NCBI GenBank assembly: GCA_964584035.1
Contig: CAZOYL010000020.1
Location: 1-29,308, forward strand
Direction: 5' to 3'
Length of the DNA: 29,308 nt
Source: an uncultured Gemmatimonadota bacterium
Lineage (GTDB): Bacteria > SM23-81
Shown: in pieces, positions 26,792-29,308 of the stretch
How positions within the stretch are numbered: position 1 is the first letter of the stretch
How the letters are laid out: each line of letters starts with the position of its first letter
Made by a program: the position numbers and the translations under genes
The notes under the pieces: generated by a model
What the model was told of the DNA's origin: nothing
The model's input: the letters and a program-made list of their open reading frames with translations, nothing else
Database searches by the model: none

Positions 26792-28023
26792 AACCGGCCT
26801 CCCTCGATACCCGATGCCGTCTGGCCGCTTGGTCTCCTTTTTTTCCGCTGCCAAAGGGCGTGATGTTGACCGATCCGCCTGACGGCCTCCTGAAGTCGCT
26901 CCGAGGACACCGTCAACGAGATGCGGATATATCCCTCACCCTGCTCGCCGAATCCGCTGCCCGGTGTCACCAGAACTCCCGTGCGGCGGAACAGCCGCCG
27001 TGAAAAACCCAAAGACGTGTAGCGTCCCGGCACCGCCAGCCAAAGAAACGGAAGACCTTTCGAACGCCGCACCTTCAGACCCGTCTTGCGAAGCCCCTGG
27101 ATGACCAGCTCACGACGCCCGGCATAGGGGTCGGACTGATCTTCCCCTTCATCCTCAAGAGCCCGCAGAGCGGCCTGTTGCAGCGCCGGGGCGGGCAGAT
27201 TCGAGCGATCGCCCGCGACGGCCGTCAGCCCGGCCAGAAGCTGGCGATTGCCGACCGCAAAACCGATCCGCCACCCCCCCAACCGGTGAGCCATGGACAG
27301 AGAGTAGATCTCCACACCGACCGATTTGGCTCCCCGGGCCTGCATGAAACTGGGCGCCGGGTCTTCCTTCGAGGGCATCAATACATAGGCGGCATCGTGA
27401 ATGACAGCCACATTATGAAAGCGGGCGAATTCCACCACTTCCGAGAAAAAGGATAGATCGGCCACGGCGGTGGTGGGATTATTGGGATAGTTTAAAAACA
27501 TCATCTTGGCCCGCCGGGCGATCTCGGGGCGTATTTTCTTGAGGTTGGGCAGAAAATCGTTCCGCTCCAGAAGCGGCATGCTCTCCACCCGGGCTCCGGC
27601 CAGGATGGCCCCGGCCCGGTAGGTCGGATAACAGGGATCGGGCAGCAGGACCACTTCTCCGGGATTGACAAAAGCCAGGGGAAGTCCCGCCAGCCCCTGC
27701 CGGGCACCTTGCAGCGGCAGGATCTCATCATCGGGCTGCAGCGAGACGCCGAATCTGGACTCGAACCAGGCAGCGATGCCCCGGCCGAAGGCAGACGACC
27801 CTGATCCCAGATCGTAGCGATGAGCCTGGGGCTCGGCGGCACTGCGGCAAAGGGTTTCGGTCACGCACGGTGAGGGCGGTTCAGCGGGATTCGCCGCGGT
27901 CAGATCGATCACATCCACGCCCCTGCTGAGGGCCCGCTGAGCTTTTCTTCTCAGGTCCACAAACAGGCTGGATGGGATTTGATGGAGCCGCTCGGCTCGA
28001 TCGATGACGATCTTCCTGCGCAT
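26788..28023 (-). CDS. Class I/II PLP aminotransferase homologue (LL-DAP aminotransferase-like), catalytic Lys replaced by Met
   Basis: PDPCYPTY, LNYPNNPT, HDAAY, SLS-M-AHRLGGWRIG, TPGSGFGEQGEGYIRISL. Confidence 0.85.
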   Translation of the reverse strand: MRRKIVIDRAERLHQIPSSLFVDLRRKAQRALSRGVDVIDLTAANPAEPPSPCVTETLCRSAAEPQAHRYDLGSGSSAFGRGIAAWFESRFGVSLQPDDEILPLQGARQGLAGLPLAFVNPGEVVLLPDPCYPTYRAGAILAGARVESMPLLERNDFLPNLKKIRPEIARRAKMMFLNYPNNPTTAVADLSFFSEVVEFARFHNVAVIHDAAYVLMPSKEDPAPSFMQARGAKSVGVEIYSLSMAHRLGGWRIGFAVGNRQLLAGLTAVAGDRSNLPAPALQQAALRALEDEGEDQSDPYAGRRELVIQGLRKTGLKVRRSKGLPFLWLAVPGRYTSLGFSRRLFRRTGVLVTPGSGFGEQGEGYIRISLTVSSERLQEAVRRIGQHHALWQRKKRRPSGQTASGIEGGRL

Positions 28024-28097
28024 CGAGTCTCCGCTGAGGTGGATCGATCGCTCCAGATTAGCGCCTTTGATGCAGTAAGTTGAGTATGCTCGAATGC

Positions 28098-28126
28098 AAA
28101 ATACAATATGTCGGGTATGTTGTCAA
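28098..28126 (-). promoter_or_regulatory. Sigma70 promoter for the aminotransferase-fol-pan operon
   Basis: TTGACA (28126-28121), 17 nt spacer, TATTTT (28103-28098). Confidence 0.7.
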
Positions 28127-28218
28127 GAAAACTTTTCAGGAGGCCTTCGGATGCGGCCTCCCGGCTTGGTTCGGTGCGGTCTTCCGGCAGGGTCACCAGA
28201 CAGGGGCAGGGCCGCGGC

Positions 28219-28279
28219 GCACAAAAGCCCCCGGCGCATAAAAAGCCCCCGGCATCATCGACGCCGGGGGCCTTTGTGC
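28219..28279 (-). terminator. Intrinsic terminator after groEL with duplicated 3' arm
   Basis: Minus strand: AAAGGCCCCCGGCGTC-GAT-GATGCCGGGGGCTTTTT, followed by a second CGCCGGGGGCTTTTGTGC. Confidence 0.85.
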
Positions 28280-28295
28280 TCCTGGGAACGAGAAC

Positions 28296-29308
28296 TTAAT
28301 ACATCCCACCCCCCGGTGGCATGGGTGGCATAGCCTGTTTTTCCTCTTCGGGGATGTCGGTCACCAGAGCCTCGGTGGTCAACAGAAGAGAGGCGATACT
28401 GGATGCATTCTGCAAGGCCGTCCGAACCACCTTGGTGGGATCGATGACGCCGGCCTTGAGCATATCCTCATACTTCTCCGTTTCGGCGTTGAAGCCCACA
28501 TTGGTGGCCTCGCCCTTGACCTTCTGGACCACCACGGAGCCTTCCCAGCCAGCATTATTGGCTATCTGGCGGATGGGCTCCTCGAGCGACCGCTGGACGA
28601 TGCCCACGCCCACTTTTTCATCGCCTTTCACATCCATCTTATCCAGGGCTGCGATCGTCCGCAACAGGGCCACACCGCCGCCGGGAACGATGCCTTCCTC
28701 CACGGCAGCTCTGGTGGCATGGAGGGCATCTTCGACGCGAGCCTTGCGCTCCTTCATCTCCGTCTCGGTCGCCGCTCCCACATTGATCACCGCCACACCG
28801 CCGGCCAGTTTGGCCAGACGCTCCTGGAGTTTTTCCCGATCATAGTCCGATGTGGAATCCTCGATCTGTTTCTTGATCTGGGCCACTCGACCCTTGATAT
28901 CCTCGGTGGACCCGCCGCCCTCGACGATGGTGGTGTTCTCCTTATCGATGGTCACCCGCTTGGCCTTGCCCAGATCGCCGAGAGTGACATTTTCCAGTTT
29001 AAAGCCGACCTCTTCGGAGATGACCCTTCCTCCGGTGAGAGTGGCGATATCCTCCAGCATAGCCTTGCGGCGATCTCCGAAACCGGGAGCCTTCACCGCG
29101 CAGACCTTGATGGTGCCGCGTAATTTGTTGACCACCAGGGTGGCCAGAGCCTCGCCTTCCACGTCCTCGGCGATGACCATCATCGGCTTGCCCAGCTGGG
29201 CCACTTTCTCCAGGATGGGAAGGAGATCCTTCATGGTGCTGATCTTCTTGTCATGGATCAGTACCAGGGCATCGTCCAGAGCGGCTTCCATTTTTTCCGC
29301 GTCGGTGA
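28296..29308 (-). CDS. groEL: Chaperonin GroEL, 3' part (5' end outside the window)
   Basis: [45 protein letters not shown]. The frame stays open to the window edge (TDAEKM). Confidence 0.98.
   Translation of the reverse strand, partial: TDAEKMEAALDDALVLIHDKKISTMKDLLPILEKVAQLGKPMMVIAEDVEGEALATLVVNKLRGTIKVCAVKAPGFGDRRKAMLEDIATLTGGRVISEEVGFKLENVTLGDLGKAKRVTIDKENTTIVEGGGSTEDIKGRVAQIKKQIEDSTSDYDREKLQERLAKLAGGVAVINVGAATETEMKERKARVEDALHATRAAVEEGIVPGGGVALLRTIAALDKMDVKGDEKVGVGIVQRSLEEPIRQIANNAGWEGSVVVQKVKGEATNVGFNAETEKYEDMLKAGVIDPTKVVRTALQNASSIASLLLTTEALVTDIPEEEKQAMPPMPPGGGMY

Noticed and set aside
27951..28333. Short ORFs in the groEL-aminotransferase spacer
   Set aside because: They overlap the terminator and promoter elements and show no coding features.

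Overview
A GC-rich bacterial core-genome segment in which every credible gene is on the minus strand. In transcription order (right to left): groEL (3' part), a class I PLP aminotransferase homologue lacking its catalytic Lys, folB-folK-deoxynucleoside kinase-panB-panC, an N-terminal-only GlmU, a secreted hypothetical protein, a LytR_C protein, rsfS, argS, rho, rpmE (long acidic tail), DUF1385, prfA, a 99-aa coiled-coil ORF, prmC, polA, coaE, valS, DUF4139, a TPR lipoprotein, tdh-kbl, htrA/degP and a short RpoD/SigA sigma factor. The short sigma, the TMGH-type ValRS and the half GlmU suggest an FCB-related or candidate-phylum organism (inference only). Five clear sigma70 promoters and two intrinsic terminators are visible. 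I found no mobile elements, CRISPR arrays, tRNAs or rRNAs. The best leads are (1) the Lys-to-Met aminotransferase pseudoenzyme heading the folate/pantothenate operon and (2) a ~245-nt highly structured leader in front of tdh-kbl that has terminator/antiterminator geometry and matches no riboswitch I can recognise by eye.
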